Below are positions 1 through 10,614 of a DNA stretch of 64,000 nucleotides, one piece after another; positions within the stretch are counted from its first letter, which is position 1; every line of letters begins with the position of its first letter. This stretch comes from a bacterium (lineage in GTDB: Bacteria; Cyanobacteriota; Vampirovibrionia; Gastranaerophilales; JBAXKC01). The position numbers and the translations under genes were made by a program. The stretch lies in assembly GCA_037137535.1 (NCBI GenBank), contig JBAXKC010000002.1, positions 85,186 to 149,185 of the forward strand, in the 5' to 3' direction. A model generated the notes under the pieces. That model saw only the letters and a list, made by a program, of their open reading frames with translations. It searched no databases and was not told the origin of the DNA.

Positions 1-1148
1 GCTATATTTTCTAATTCCTTTATAGATTTTAAACCGCTTTGAGCTCCATAATTTTGAGTGATAGAGGCAGAATTAATAGAAGCCAATTTTAATGCTTTAT
101 CTATCTTCCACTCTTTCATTAAAGCCCCTATAAATGTACTTGCAAAAGCATCTCCTGCTCCTAATGTGCTAACAACTTCAGCAGGAAAACAAGGTGCGTA
201 ATATATTTGCTTCCCGTCAAAGGCTTGCGCTCCATTTGAACCATCTGTTATTACAACAATATCAGGACCCATTTCTTTTAAACATTTCAATTTATTAATT
301 GCAAAAAATCCCCATGGCTCAAGCAACAGCGAGCTTTGTGGGCATAATTCCATACATTTTGAGCAACCTTTAATGCATTTATCTATACTGCTATCTATAT
401 AGAGCTTACCTTCTTCTATGTTAAAAACTCTTTGAGGACAAGCTTTTAAACATTCATAACAAGATTTGCATTTTTCTTTATCAATTTTCAAAGTTTCATC
501 ATAAATTTTTGTTACTAATTCAGCTTCCGATTTATTCAAAACAAGAATTGATACTTTTGATAATATTTTTTTGAAATCATCAAAACCTCTTTTTAGCTGC
601 CTGGTACCAGGATTAAAACCTACCTTAATATTGTTCTTTTGTGCAAAATGAGTTATTTCATCAAGTATAATATTCGAATCGCCACTTAATGAAGAAATAT
701 AAAACCATTTTGTGTTTTTTAAAGCCTCTAACTTGATTTCATCTAATATTATCGAGCTATTTGCACCCCTATGAGTTAAGACAGTACGCTCACCCTCAAA
801 ACTGTTAAGAATAACACTAAAGCCGGTTTTAAAATCCTTGCATTTGATAATACTAGATTTATCAACATTTTGCTCTGTTAATCGGTTTAATATCGCTTTA
901 GCATTAAGGTCATTACCTATTTTTATAATGGTACTTGTATTAAAACCTAATATTGAAAAGTTTACTGCCGTATTAACTGCTCCCCCGCCAATATCAAAAG
1001 CTAAATTATCAATTTCAATTTTCGCTCCAAAATCAAAACATAACAATTTATTTACGTCTTCTAAAGTTTTTGTAGTTATTATTTTTGCAAATTCAGTTTG
1101 AATAAAAATATCTTGAGTAGCTCCACCAATAGTTATTACATCAAACAT
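1..1148 (-). CDS. PfkB/ribokinase-family carbohydrate kinase with inserted 2x[4Fe-4S] ferredoxin domain (3' end runs off the window)
   Basis: Hand translation from ATG at 1148 gives MFDVITIGGATQDIF...GGGAVNTAVN...FNPG...LNKSEAE...CKSCYECLKACP...CIKGCSKCMELCP...VVITDGSNGA...STLGAGDAF. Both PfkB signature regions are present and the frame is open to base 1. Absent from the ORF track because no stop lies in the window. Confidence 0.92.
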   Translation of the reverse strand, partial: MFDVITIGGATQDIFIQTEFAKIITTKTLEDVNKLLCFDFGAKIEIDNLAFDIGGGAVNTAVNFSILGFNTSTIIKIGNDLNAKAILNRLTEQNVDKSSIIKCKDFKTGFSVILNSFEGERTVLTHRGANSSIILDEIKLEALKNTKWFYISSLSGDSNIILDEITHFAQKNNIKVGFNPGTRQLKRGFDDFKKILSKVSILVLNKSEAELVTKIYDETLKIDKEKCKSCYECLKACPQRVFNIEEGKLYIDSSIDKCIKGCSKCMELCPQSSLLLEPWGFFAINKLKCLKEMGPDIVVITDGSNGAQAFDGKQIYYAPCFPAEVVSTLGAGDAFASTFIGALMKEWKIDKALKLASINSASITQNYGAQSGLKSIKELENI

Positions 1149-1197
1149 AAGCCCCCTTTATTTTCATAGTTTTTTGAAGTTTAATAATAAAAAGCTT

Positions 1198-1225
1198 TTG
1201 ACATAATAAAGTATTAAATTAGAGT
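1198..1225 (+). promoter_or_regulatory. Putative sigma70-type promoter for pgeF
   Basis: TTGACA (1198-1203), 16-nt spacer, TAGAGT (1220-1225), upstream of ATG 1249. Confidence 0.4.
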
Positions 1226-1248
1226 TTTGAATAAGACAGGCGTTTTAT

Positions 1249-2019
1249 ATGTTTCAAAAAGAGATTATAAACAGTATTAGTTATTACACCTCAAACATGC
1301 TTAAATCTGATAAATTCATTCATGCTTTTACTACAAGATTGTTTGAAGATGCAGCAAATTTTACATTAGGGACAGGTGGTAATCCTGAAAATAAATTGTT
1401 AGTTGATGTGAATAGAAAAAACATATGTGAAGCATTTAATTTAGATATTAATAAATTAATAATTCCCGATCAGAAACATACTGATAATATAAAAATTGTT
1501 ACATCAGTTGACGATAATGTCAGCGAAACTGATGCTTTGATAACTAATGTAAAAAACTTGCCGATATTATTGTTATTTGCTGATTGTACGCCAATAATAC
1601 TTTATTCGGAAATAGATAATGTAATAGCAGTAATTCATGCCGGCTGGAGAGGAACTGCAAAAAATATAGCCCGCAAGACGGTTGCCCAAATGGGTGATTT
1701 TTTAGGCATTAAGGCTGAAAACATTAAAGCTGCTATCGGACAGGCAATTGGAATGTGCTGTTACGAAGTATCACAAGAAGTTAAGGACTTTTTATTATCA
1801 ACATTAACTCATGATTATGATAATATTATTAAGTCTACCGAAAATGATAAATTCTTTGTAGATTTGAAAAAAATAAATGAATACCAGCTTTTAGAATCAG
1901 GAGTAAATAATATAGATGTATTTGATATCTGTACCTCCTGCGAAAGTAATCAGTTCTTTTCTTATAGGGCTGAGAATGGTAAAACCGGACGACATGGTGC
2001 AATAGCTTGTTTAAAGTGA
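1249..2019 (+). CDS. pgeF: YfiH/PgeF family (laccase-domain / purine nucleoside phosphorylase) protein
   Basis: Motifs QKHTD, DALIT, ADCTPI, HAGWRG, CCYEV, CTSC, FFSYR, GRH. Confidence 0.93.
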   Translation: MFQKEIINSISYYTSNMLKSDKFIHAFTTRLFEDAANFTLGTGGNPENKLLVDVNRKNICEAFNLDINKLIIPDQKHTDNIKIVTSVDDNVSETDALITNVKNLPILLLFADCTPIILYSEIDNVIAVIHAGWRGTAKNIARKTVAQMGDFLGIKAENIKAAIGQAIGMCCYEVSQEVKDFLLSTLTHDYDNIIKSTENDKFFVDLKKINEYQLLESGVNNIDVFDICTSCESNQFFSYRAENGKTGRHGAIACLK

Positions 2020-2028
2020 GGACTCAAA

Positions 2029-3336
2029 ATGGTTGCCATTGACAGACGTGAAACGGTTAGTCAAGTACTTAATAAACTTTTTGATTTTGTAAAATCTGAT
2101 CAGTTTATTGCTGAAGATGTAAAAAAATATGCAAATGCCTTTATAACAACAGAAGAACAGGCAAAAAACGTTGATATTGAAGGACTTTTGCTTGCTTATG
2201 TTTTTGAAAGAAAAATAGATGATAAATTTGTAATGGATTTATTCATTGAAAAACAGACAGATTTATCTGATGAAGAAAAAGAAATCATTGACGGTCTTAA
2301 AAAATCCATTTATTCTATCTTTGAAATCAAAAAAGTATTAAAAAATGGATTTGAACTTTATAATATAGTTAATGAAAAAACTTATCCGACTTCAACAATT
2401 ATTAAATCAAGTAACTTTAGAGGAGTAGGTTCTGGAGAATATATTTTAGGACGAATCTTCCCATGCAAAGAAACTAATTATCTTATTGTATTGAACAAAA
2501 TTTTCCCGTCAGCAGCTAAAACTGAAGTTTTCAGATATGCTGTAATGATGCAAATGGAAAAACCGGAAGCTGTTTATCAAGATAATGAAACTAAATTTCA
2601 AGAAATAGAAAAAATGACTAAAGAACTTGCAACTACGTTTCAAGAATATTTTAACTCTTTAGAAATTGTTACAACAACAGAAAATCTTGACGAAATTTTA
2701 GCAGGCTTTAATGACTTTGTTGAATCTGGTGAAAAAACAAATATAGACAAACTGCCTGAACTGATTAAACAACCTGATGAATACAAATATTTTGATATAA
2801 ATGAAGTATCAAAAACTCAAGAAGGTGACTTTATTGATCAAGCGACAAAAGGTTTTTCTTCGGCTCCTGCAAGTTATGATGTTGGACTGATGTATGATGC
2901 AGAAACAGGTCTATTAGTTGTTCCTTTTTACGCTACATTTAGAGAAATTTTCAAAAGAGAAGATTATAAATCAGTTGAAGGATACCAAGATTGCATTAAA
3001 GAAATTTTTAATAATGATAAAGTTCCTCCATCTGTAATTGAAAAAGTTTATAATGAATTTTCTTCTAATTTTATGAATATTGTCAAAGAAGTATTAGAAG
3101 AAACAGAACTTCAATCTCTTGATGAACTTCTTAAAAAATACAAAAAAGACTATTATACACACAGGAAATTCTCTGTTCCTACAATGTTATACTCTTCCGA
3201 AGCATTTAATGAACTTATGTACCTTCTTCAAGAAGAGCAGTTGATGTCTTATATGAATAAAACTACGGAAAAAGTAGGAAGAAATGATTCTTGCCCTTGT
3301 GGAAGCGGCAAAAAATATAAAAAATGTTGCATGTAA
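2029..3336 (+). CDS. SEC-C metal-binding domain protein
   Basis: C-terminal KVGRNDSCPCGSGKKYKKCC; GAGGA RBS; remainder unassigned and not SecA. Confidence 0.85.
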   Translation: MVAIDRRETVSQVLNKLFDFVKSDQFIAEDVKKYANAFITTEEQAKNVDIEGLLLAYVFERKIDDKFVMDLFIEKQTDLSDEEKEIIDGLKKSIYSIFEIKKVLKNGFELYNIVNEKTYPTSTIIKSSNFRGVGSGEYILGRIFPCKETNYLIVLNKIFPSAAKTEVFRYAVMMQMEKPEAVYQDNETKFQEIEKMTKELATTFQEYFNSLEIVTTTENLDEILAGFNDFVESGEKTNIDKLPELIKQPDEYKYFDINEVSKTQEGDFIDQATKGFSSAPASYDVGLMYDAETGLLVVPFYATFREIFKREDYKSVEGYQDCIKEIFNNDKVPPSVIEKVYNEFSSNFMNIVKEVLEETELQSLDELLKKYKKDYYTHRKFSVPTMLYSSEAFNELMYLLQEEQLMSYMNKTTEKVGRNDSCPCGSGKKYKKCCM

Positions 3337-3358
3337 GAAAAATCTTTAATAGTAAAAA

Positions 3359-3390
3359 AATAAGACATCATTTTATAATGGTGTCTTATT
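3359..3390 (+). terminator. Hairpin, probable intrinsic terminator
   Basis: AATAAGACATCATT-ttat-AATGGTGTCTTATT just after the SEC-C gene. Confidence 0.55.
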
Positions 3391-3438
3391 AATATGTAAC
3401 AAAATTAGTAAATTTTGGCAAAAAACAGCCTATTTCCC

Positions 3439-3466
3439 TTGAATTCAGCGTGCTGTTTGGTATAAC
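3439..3466 (+). promoter_or_regulatory. Putative sigma70 promoter with extended -10 for uppS
   Basis: TTGAAT, 16-nt spacer ending TGG, TATAAC. Confidence 0.4.
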
Positions 3467-3504
3467 CTGTATCCATGTATGAAATTTGAAAGAATAAACT
3501 TTAA

Positions 3505-4254
3505 ATGATAACCCCTAGTAAAAATCAAACTGAAGAAATAGCAAATTTAGTCCGTAAAACTGAATTAAAGCATATTGCAATTATTATGGACGGCAACAGA
3601 CGTTGGGCTAAAAAACGCTTTTTGCCAACGCCTGCGGGACATAATGAAGGTGTTAAAAGCTTAAAAAAAGTTGTAAAAGCTTGCGGTGAATTTGGGATTA
3701 AGTATTTAACGGTTTATGCATTTTCTACAGAAAATTGGGGAAGAAAGCAAGACGAAGTTGATTTTTTAATGAAACTTCTTGCAGAAACAATCAAAAAAGA
3801 AACTAAAGATTTACATGCTAACAATGTAAAAATAAAAATCATTGGCAATATTGCCGCATTATCAAAAGATTTACAGGCTATATTAAACGAATCGATGGAC
3901 TACACTTCTCAAAATACAGGTCTTAATTTACAGATAGCTATTAATTACGGCTCAAGAGATGAAATAATTTCAGCCGTTAAAAATATTGCAGAAGAAGTTA
4001 AACTTGGAAATATTGATACAGACTCAATTAACCAGGAACTTATATCAAGTTATCTTTATACATCAGAAATCCCCGATCCTGATCTTTTAATTAGAACTGG
4101 CGGCGATTTTAGAATAAGTAATTATTTATTATGGCAGGCAGCTTATGCTGAAATACTTGTTATTGATACATTATGGCCAGATTTTGATAAAGAAATACTA
4201 GCAGATGCAATTATAAATTTTTCTAATCGTGATAGAAGATTTGGAAAAGGTTAA
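3505..4254 (+). CDS. uppS: Undecaprenyl diphosphate synthase (cis-prenyltransferase)
   Basis: HIAIIMDGNRRWA, YAFSTENWGR, PDLLIRTGG, RISNYLLWQ, RRFG. Confidence 0.97.
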   Translation: MITPSKNQTEEIANLVRKTELKHIAIIMDGNRRWAKKRFLPTPAGHNEGVKSLKKVVKACGEFGIKYLTVYAFSTENWGRKQDEVDFLMKLLAETIKKETKDLHANNVKIKIIGNIAALSKDLQAILNESMDYTSQNTGLNLQIAINYGSRDEIISAVKNIAEEVKLGNIDTDSINQELISSYLYTSEIPDPDLLIRTGGDFRISNYLLWQAAYAEILVIDTLWPDFDKEILADAIINFSNRDRRFGKG

Positions 4255-4255
4255 C

Positions 4256-4834
4256 ATGAAAAAAATTGTACTTGCAACTTCAAATGCAAAAAAAATAATA
4301 GAAATGGAAAACATTTTAAAAAACTACTCTATAAATGTAGATAAAGTACCTGATACTTTTAATCCAGATGAAACAGGAACTACTTTTGAGGAAAATGCTT
4401 ACATAAAAGCATATGAAGCGGCAAAGTTGACGAATCTACCCTCGTTGGCGGATGATTCAGGATTAGTAGTTGATGCACTTGACGGTAAACCTGGTATTTA
4501 CTCTTCAAGATACGAATCAACCGATGAAAAAAGAATTAATCGTATATTAAACGAATTATCTGAATATAAAAATAATGAGAGAACGGCAAGATTTGTTTGT
4601 GCTATGGCTCTTGTAAAACCTGACGGCGAAACATTATTTTCTTGCAAAGGAATTTGTGAGGGAATTATAACAGCTACACGTTCAGGTAGTGGAGGATTTG
4701 GCTATGATCCTATTTTTCATGTTACAGATAAAAATAAAACAATGGCAGAACTTACATTAGAAGAAAAAAATCTTGTAAGCCATAGAGGCAAAGCATTAAA
4801 ACAAATGTTGGAATGGATGAAAAACAATTTTTAA
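4256..4834 (+). CDS. rdgB: dITP/XTP pyrophosphatase (Ham1 family)
   Basis: LATSNAKK, ETGTTFEENA, DDSGL, GFGYDPIF, SHRGKA; start moved to ATG 4256 just after the uppS stop. Confidence 0.95.
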   Translation: MKKIVLATSNAKKIIEMENILKNYSINVDKVPDTFNPDETGTTFEENAYIKAYEAAKLTNLPSLADDSGLVVDALDGKPGIYSSRYESTDEKRINRILNELSEYKNNERTARFVCAMALVKPDGETLFSCKGICEGIITATRSGSGGFGYDPIFHVTDKNKTMAELTLEEKNLVSHRGKALKQMLEWMKNNF

Positions 4835-4860
4835 ATGAAAGACAATAAAGGGGATGGTAG

Positions 4861-5913
4861 ATGATAAACAGGCTGTTAATAATTTTTATATTGTTAATTT
4901 TTGCTTTTTCAAAGCCTGCATATTCTGAAATAAGCGATAAAAAAATACAAAATATATTTAATACAGGCAGTGCGACGGGTGAGGCTTATTATAATCTCAT
5001 AACGATTTACCAAGGCTCAAGTGTAAATGAAGTTAAATACAATAAACTTAAATTTCAACATGCATTTCAATCTTTAAGTATTATTGATTTAATTTCGGAA
5101 GACTTACAGCTAAGTAATCAATCATTATGTTTATTGAAAAATATAAGATCAAATTTATATGAATCTCTAAATGAAGAAAAAATAAATTACGCGATGTTAG
5201 AGCAAACAATAAAACTGCTTAATCAGTTTTATAACTCTTTTAATCTTGATATAGCTAATTCTTATGGAACAGATTCAGATTGGTATTCAGATTTAGGTTT
5301 TTATTCCTCTTTTCAACTGGAATCAATAAATACAAATAAATCCTCTGCGCTTTTGTTGGACGGTTCACAAAAATTATATGAACAAGTACCTGCAAGCGTA
5401 CCTCAAACATCATCAGAAATGGTTAAAAGTTTAAAAAGTTTTGATAAACCAACACTTACTGTTGATGAAATTCAAGCATTAAAAAATGAGTTAAATTATT
5501 TAATAAGTTATTTTTCCAATTATCCGAATAAAGTTGCTGATAATGCTAATATAAAAGCTTTAAAAGGCTTTTGGCAAGGAATAATGATTAATCCATACGG
5601 ACAAAAATACAATATATCTTTAAACTTTAATGATGTAAACAATTCGAGTCTAACGATAGAAGGCATTGCCTCAAATATACCTCTTGAAAATATTGATTTA
5701 CTTGATAGTTATTTCAGTTTTACCTTTAAACCTGTTGGAACAGAAAAATTCAATGTAAGATTTAACGCTAAAATAAATAACGATATGTTTTCAGGAAATA
5801 TTACAAACTCTCTAAATGAGCAAGGTTATTGGGTTTTAACAAAAACAACAGATAATAAACCTTTATCTTCAGAAAAGATTAACCAGTTAAGCTCATATAT
5901 AAATAAAAATTAA
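4861..5913 (+). CDS. Hypothetical exported protein
   Basis: 350-aa ORF with signal-peptide-like N-terminus (…SKPAYS); beta-rich C-terminal part; no family recognised. Confidence 0.75.
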   Translation: MINRLLIIFILLIFAFSKPAYSEISDKKIQNIFNTGSATGEAYYNLITIYQGSSVNEVKYNKLKFQHAFQSLSIIDLISEDLQLSNQSLCLLKNIRSNLYESLNEEKINYAMLEQTIKLLNQFYNSFNLDIANSYGTDSDWYSDLGFYSSFQLESINTNKSSALLLDGSQKLYEQVPASVPQTSSEMVKSLKSFDKPTLTVDEIQALKNELNYLISYFSNYPNKVADNANIKALKGFWQGIMINPYGQKYNISLNFNDVNNSSLTIEGIASNIPLENIDLLDSYFSFTFKPVGTEKFNVRFNAKINNDMFSGNITNSLNEQGYWVLTKTTDNKPLSSEKINQLSSYINKN

Positions 5914-5918
5914 TAGGC

Positions 5919-6770
5919 TTAACCATTGAGAGTTTTATTAACTAAATCTCTCAATTCCTTAAAAAATATAAGTATTTTAGGAGTTGGTTTGTTGTCATTT
6001 CTTTTAGTTTTTTGATGCTGTACTGCAATTAAATCCGAATATTGTTTGTTTAACTTATTTACTTCATTAAAATAATCAGCTAAATTTCTTTGACTAGTCA
6101 AGGAACCAAAAGCTACTTTTTTATCCGAAATTCTATTAATTGAACCTGTTAAAAACAAGAACTTTCTGTTAATTTCTTTTAAATCATCACTTTTTTTAAC
6201 CATAGGAATACTTCTTCTGAAGTTTTTGCTTATTGGATTTTCGAATACTAAAGTTTTTGCATTATCAGCCCCATTTTTGGCTACACCATATAAATCATTA
6301 AATACATCTGAAATTGCATTAAATTTATCTAGCGTTCTGTATTGCTTTTTATAATGACTTAATTTATCAAGTATTTCAATTCTTCTATTTTCTAATTCAG
6401 TTAATTTTATTTTAGCCGATGACAAATTCATTAATTTTATACTTTGAATTTCACTATCAACTTCTTTGAGTTCTTTTTCAGCTTTTTCAATCATAAACTC
6501 AATCTTTAAACTCTCAGTAGGAAGATGTTGAGCTAGACTGTCATTAATCAAATTTGAATCATAATCATTAATTCTGTTTAAAGTAATGGGATTAGAATTA
6601 TTTTTAGTTTCAACTGAATTTTGATTATTCAAATCCAATAATTTATCTGATACTTCATCCTTTTCTGAAATCAACTCTTGCAAAGTTGGATTTAAGAAAA
6701 AGTTATTATCACTTAATTCATTATTAAATTGTTCAAAATCAGCGAAAAAATTCACCAAAGATCCCCTCAA
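5919..6770 (-). CDS. Hypothetical coiled-coil protein
   Basis: 283-aa ORF with heptad-like central region; true start probably TTG/GTG at 6758/6755 after a GAGGGG RBS. Confidence 0.7.
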   Translation of the reverse strand: MRGSLVNFFADFEQFNNELSDNNFFLNPTLQELISEKDEVSDKLLDLNNQNSVETKNNSNPITLNRINDYDSNLINDSLAQHLPTESLKIEFMIEKAEKELKEVDSEIQSIKLMNLSSAKIKLTELENRRIEILDKLSHYKKQYRTLDKFNAISDVFNDLYGVAKNGADNAKTLVFENPISKNFRRSIPMVKKSDDLKEINRKFLFLTGSINRISDKKVAFGSLTSQRNLADYFNEVNKLNKQYSDLIAVQHQKTKRNDNKPTPKILIFFKELRDLVNKTLNG

Positions 6771-6839
6771 CCTTAAATATATATTTATATTTTCTCAGAT
6801 TAACAGATATTTGTTATCATTCACTGAAATGATTTTATA

Positions 6840-7502
6840 TTATCTACTAAATTTTAAAGAACTTATAGCAGACTTAATATCGACTGCACAATACACATAA
6901 GAGCCTGCAACCAGAGCATTAGCACCCGCATCAACGCACAGTTTGCCCGTATGATTATTAATACCGCCATCAACTTCTATAATCAAATCATTTAAGTTTT
7001 GCTCAACAGCAAGTGATTTAATAAAACTAATTTTATCTAAACTATCATTAATAAAAGATTGTCCGCCAAATCCTGGTTCAACTGACATAATTAAAACTAA
7101 ATCTAATTCTTTAATTAATGTACCAATTTCTTCTATATTAGTTTTAGGTTTAACAGAAAGACCAACTTTAACATTAAAACTCTTAATTAATTGAATAACC
7201 TCAGCAATATTTTCTTTACAGGCTTCATAATGAACAGTGATATAGTCTGCCCCTGCTGAAGCAAAATCTTCAATATAATTTTGTGGATGTTCAATCATCA
7301 AATGAACATCTAATGTCATATCAGTGATTTTTCTTAATGCTTTTACTACAGGAGCGCCAATTGTTATATTGGGAACAAAATGTCCGTCCATAACATCAAC
7401 ATGTACCCAATCTGCTCCAGCTAATTTAATTATATTAATATCTCTTTCAAGGTTTGCAAAATCAGCAGAAAGAATTGATGGCGCAACAATAATATTACTC
7501 AT
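6840..7502 (-). CDS. rpe: Ribulose-phosphate 3-epimerase
   Basis: APSILSADF, HVDVMDGHFVPN, MSVEPGFGGQ, VDGGIN. Confidence 0.98.
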   Translation of the reverse strand: MSNIIVAPSILSADFANLERDINIIKLAGADWVHVDVMDGHFVPNITIGAPVVKALRKITDMTLDVHLMIEHPQNYIEDFASAGADYITVHYEACKENIAEVIQLIKSFNVKVGLSVKPKTNIEEIGTLIKELDLVLIMSVEPGFGGQSFINDSLDKISFIKSLAVEQNLNDLIIEVDGGINNHTGKLCVDAGANALVAGSYVYCAVDIKSAISSLKFSR

Positions 7503-8232
7503 TTTTTATTAGCTCTTCCGGCAATAGCCCTAAACTTATTACTCCCATTTTTGCAGCTTTTTGATGAGCCTCTTTTTTAGACTTACCTGTCCCAAATCCA
7601 CAAACTTCATCATTAATGACTACTTCAATTTCAAAAGTTCTGTTATGAGGTGGGCCCTCTTCTTTTACAACATTGTAAATTGGAAGATCAATAGCTTCAG
7701 CTTGTGTATACTCTTGAAGAATTGCTTTAAAGTTGTGCTTTGCAGCACTTTGATCGATTTCTGTAACTTCACTTTCAAGTAGATTTGTTAAACTTAGGTG
7801 TAATTCGTTGAACTTACCATCTACATACAAAGCTCCAAGTAATGCTTCAAAAGCACAGGCTAAAGTAGATGCTCTGGTTCTTCCGCCTAATTTTTCTTCA
7901 TGAAATCCAAGTCTGAGATATTTACCGAGATCAATACTATTTGCAATTTTTGTAAGTGTAACATCACTTATTAATATAGCTCTTATTTTTGTTAAATCGC
8001 CTTCCGTATAAGTCGGAAAGCGTTTTAACAAATAATCACTGGCAATAAGCTTTAGAACTGCATCACCTAAGAACTCAAGTCTTTCATTATTTATTAATGG
8101 ACATAACTTATTTTCAAAGGTGTATGAACTATGAGTCAGAGAATTTTCAATCAGTTCATAATTATCACTATGCATACCAATTTTGGTAAGCAATTCATTG
8201 ATTTTTTGGGTTTTATTGCGGTTATCATTCAT
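7495..8232 (-). CDS. rnc: Ribonuclease III
   Basis: NERLEFLGDAVL, FEALLGA, C-terminal dsRBD (GPPHNRTF, GKSKKEA); start set to ATG 8232 to avoid overlap with cdsA. Confidence 0.96.
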   Translation of the reverse strand: MNDNRNKTQKINELLTKIGMHSDNYELIENSLTHSSYTFENKLCPLINNERLEFLGDAVLKLIASDYLLKRFPTYTEGDLTKIRAILISDVTLTKIANSIDLGKYLRLGFHEEKLGGRTRASTLACAFEALLGALYVDGKFNELHLSLTNLLESEVTEIDQSAAKHNFKAILQEYTQAEAIDLPIYNVVKEEGPPHNRTFEIEVVINDEVCGFGTGKSKKEAHQKAAKMGVISLGLLPEELIKNE

Positions 8233-8248
8233 ATTATAAACCTGATTA

Positions 8249-9109
8249 TTAAAAAATGTTAATAATTGCTGTCTTGCCAAGAACTATCATAGAAAAGTAA
8301 TAAAAAGCTATAGCACCGGTTATTACATAACTATCTGCTCTATCTAAAACACCACCATGCCCTGGGAATAAATTGCCTGAATCTTTGACACCTGCATCTC
8401 TTTTTATCATAGATTCACATAAATCTCCAAGTTGAGCAGAGGCAGTTAACAAAAGACCTGCAAAAAATGAATGAATTATATTTAAATTTATTATTGAACC
8501 AATCAATAATGCGCCGATTATGCCAGCAATTGTAGCAGCAGCAGCTCCTTCAATCGTTTTGTTAGGACTTATTGTAGGACAAAGTTTATGTTTACCAAAG
8601 TTTGTTCCAATATAATAAGCCGCAATGTCAGAAACTGATATAACTACAAACAGAAGTAAAATATAGCCTAATCCATCTGAGAAGTGATGACCAAAAATAT
8701 CAAAACCTTTTTCATTCAGATTTCTGATAAATAATAGATGCAATGGCAACCATCCACCATAAAAGAAGCAAAGCATACTAACAGCCGAATCAGCAATTTT
8801 CCCATTTTGTCCTCTAAGCATAGTTAATACAAGAGATAAAATCCCAGACAAACTGAACAGTATAGGGATTAGGCTATATAATTTAAAGGATGCCGCTGCT
8901 AATAAAGCTAAATTAGATGTTAAGATTAATGGAGTGTTAAGATTAAAGCCTTTTAATCTGCAAAGCTTAATTAACTCTAATGTTCCTAAAACTATTAAAA
9001 CAGATAAAAACAAACTGAAAGCCAAACCACCATATGCAAACATAACAAGAGCAATAGCTAAAAATATTACGGCAACAGTTACTCTTATAAATTGAGCTGA
9101 AACTTTCAC
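8249..9109 (-). CDS. cdsA: Phosphatidate cytidylyltransferase
   Basis: Polytopic membrane protein with ISPNKTIEG and GDLCESMIKRDAGVKDSGNLFPGHGGVLDRADS. Confidence 0.97.
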   Translation of the reverse strand: MKVSAQFIRVTVAVIFLAIALVMFAYGGLAFSLFLSVLIVLGTLELIKLCRLKGFNLNTPLILTSNLALLAAASFKLYSLIPILFSLSGILSLVLTMLRGQNGKIADSAVSMLCFFYGGWLPLHLLFIRNLNEKGFDIFGHHFSDGLGYILLLFVVISVSDIAAYYIGTNFGKHKLCPTISPNKTIEGAAAATIAGIIGALLIGSIINLNIIHSFFAGLLLTASAQLGDLCESMIKRDAGVKDSGNLFPGHGGVLDRADSYVITGAIAFYYFSMIVLGKTAIINIF

Positions 9110-9669
9110 TAAACCGACATAACCTCTTTTTCTTTATCCATAACGATTGTATCAATTTCTTTTGTATATTTATCTGTGATTTTTTGAATTCTATCCTGTT
9201 CTTTTTTTACTTCATCTTCAGGAAGATTTTCGTCTTTTTCAGCTTTTTTTAGAGCATCTGACATTTCACGTCTGATATTTCTAACAGCAACTTTATTTTC
9301 TTCCCCAATTTTTTTAACTTGTTTAACAAGTTCTTTTCTTCTGTCTTCAGTTAAAGGCGGGAAAGTAATTCTAATATTTGCACCGTCATTATTAGGTGTT
9401 ACGCCCAAATCAGACTTTAAAATAGCTTTTTCAATATCTTTAATAATAGTTTTATCGTATGGCTGAATGAAAAGAGTTGTTCCATCCTGAACAGATACGT
9501 TAGCAGCCTGCCTGATAGGTGTAGCTGAACCATAATAGTCAATAGATAGTCTGTCTAATACAACCGGATTTGCTCTGCCTGTTCTTATTGACAGAAATTC
9601 TCTTTTTGTTTCTGCAATAGTTTTTTGCATTTTAGCATCGCCACTTTTGATAATTTCTTCTATTGGCAT
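9109..9669 (-). CDS. frr: Ribosome recycling factor
   Basis: [30 protein letters not shown]; follows pyrH. Confidence 0.98.
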   Translation of the reverse strand: MPIEEIIKSGDAKMQKTIAETKREFLSIRTGRANPVVLDRLSIDYYGSATPIRQAANVSVQDGTTLFIQPYDKTIIKDIEKAILKSDLGVTPNNDGANIRITFPPLTEDRRKELVKQVKKIGEENKVAVRNIRREMSDALKKAEKDENLPEDEVKKEQDRIQKITDKYTKEIDTIVMDKEKEVMSV

Positions 9670-10409
9670 TTTTCTGTTTCTCCTATTAAAGTACCAATCT
9701 TTTCACCTGTTACAATTTTCTCAATACTTTGTTCACTTTGTGAGTTAAACACAATAATTGGAATACTACTATTTTTACATAAAGAAATTGCTGATGTATC
9801 AATAATCTTCAGATCTTTTACAATGAAATCATCATAAGTAAGATGGTCAAATTTAACTGCATCATCAAATTTTCTTGGATCTTTTGAATAAACGCCATCA
9901 ACTTTATTTTTAGCCATAAGCATAACTTCTGCATTAATTTCAGCAGCTCTAAGTGCAGCAGCGGTATCAGTAGTAAAGAAAGGATTTCCTGTTCCTGCCG
10001 CAAATATAACAACTCTGCCTTTTTCTAAATGTCTGATTGCTTTAAATCTTGTATATGATTCTGTTATTTCATTCATTGAAATAGCTGTTTGTACCCTAGT
10101 AGAAACATTGTTTTTTCTAAGCATACTTTGTAGAACCATAGCATTCATTACGGTAGCAAGCATACCGACATAGTCAGCTGAAGCTTGTTCCATTCCAAGC
10201 TTAGCACTATTTTGGACGCCTCTGAAAATATTACCGCCACCCACAACGATAGCCACTTCAACGCCAAGGTCGTGCACTCTTTTAATTTCAAGAGCAACAT
10301 TATTTATAACCTCTGGGTCAATACCAAAACCCAGATTGCCCATTAGAGCTTCACCACTAACTTTTATTAAAACTCTTTTATAAGCTAATTTGGTTTTATC
10401 TTCGCTCAT
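9660..10409 (-). CDS. pyrH: UMP kinase
   Basis: [33 protein letters not shown]. Confidence 0.98.
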   Translation of the reverse strand: MSEDKTKLAYKRVLIKVSGEALMGNLGFGIDPEVINNVALEIKRVHDLGVEVAIVVGGGNIFRGVQNSAKLGMEQASADYVGMLATVMNAMVLQSMLRKNNVSTRVQTAISMNEITESYTRFKAIRHLEKGRVVIFAAGTGNPFFTTDTAAALRAAEINAEVMLMAKNKVDGVYSKDPRKFDDAVKFDHLTYDDFIVKDLKIIDTSAISLCKNSSIPIIVFNSQSEQSIEKIVTGEKIGTLIGETEKCQ

Positions 10410-10614
10410 ATATACATTTTCCTATTAGCCGTATTTTTACAAAACTTGTTACTATTTTACCCGAAACATAATATTTTTTACCACTATAAAAAAATAACTG
10501 CAATATTATTATTTATGAGAGATAAGATATTATTATATAAATCTTATCATTTATTAGTTTTTTTAGTTGATTTTAAGACAATTAGATAAGATTTAATAAG
10601 TTTTTAAAAAATAG

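Noticed and set aside
838-1101. 87-aa plus-strand ORF in the track
   Set aside because: Antisense shadow of the PfkB kinase on the minus strand.
2029-3336. secA
   Set aside because: Only the SEC-C tail is shared; no helicase/ATPase motifs and too short.
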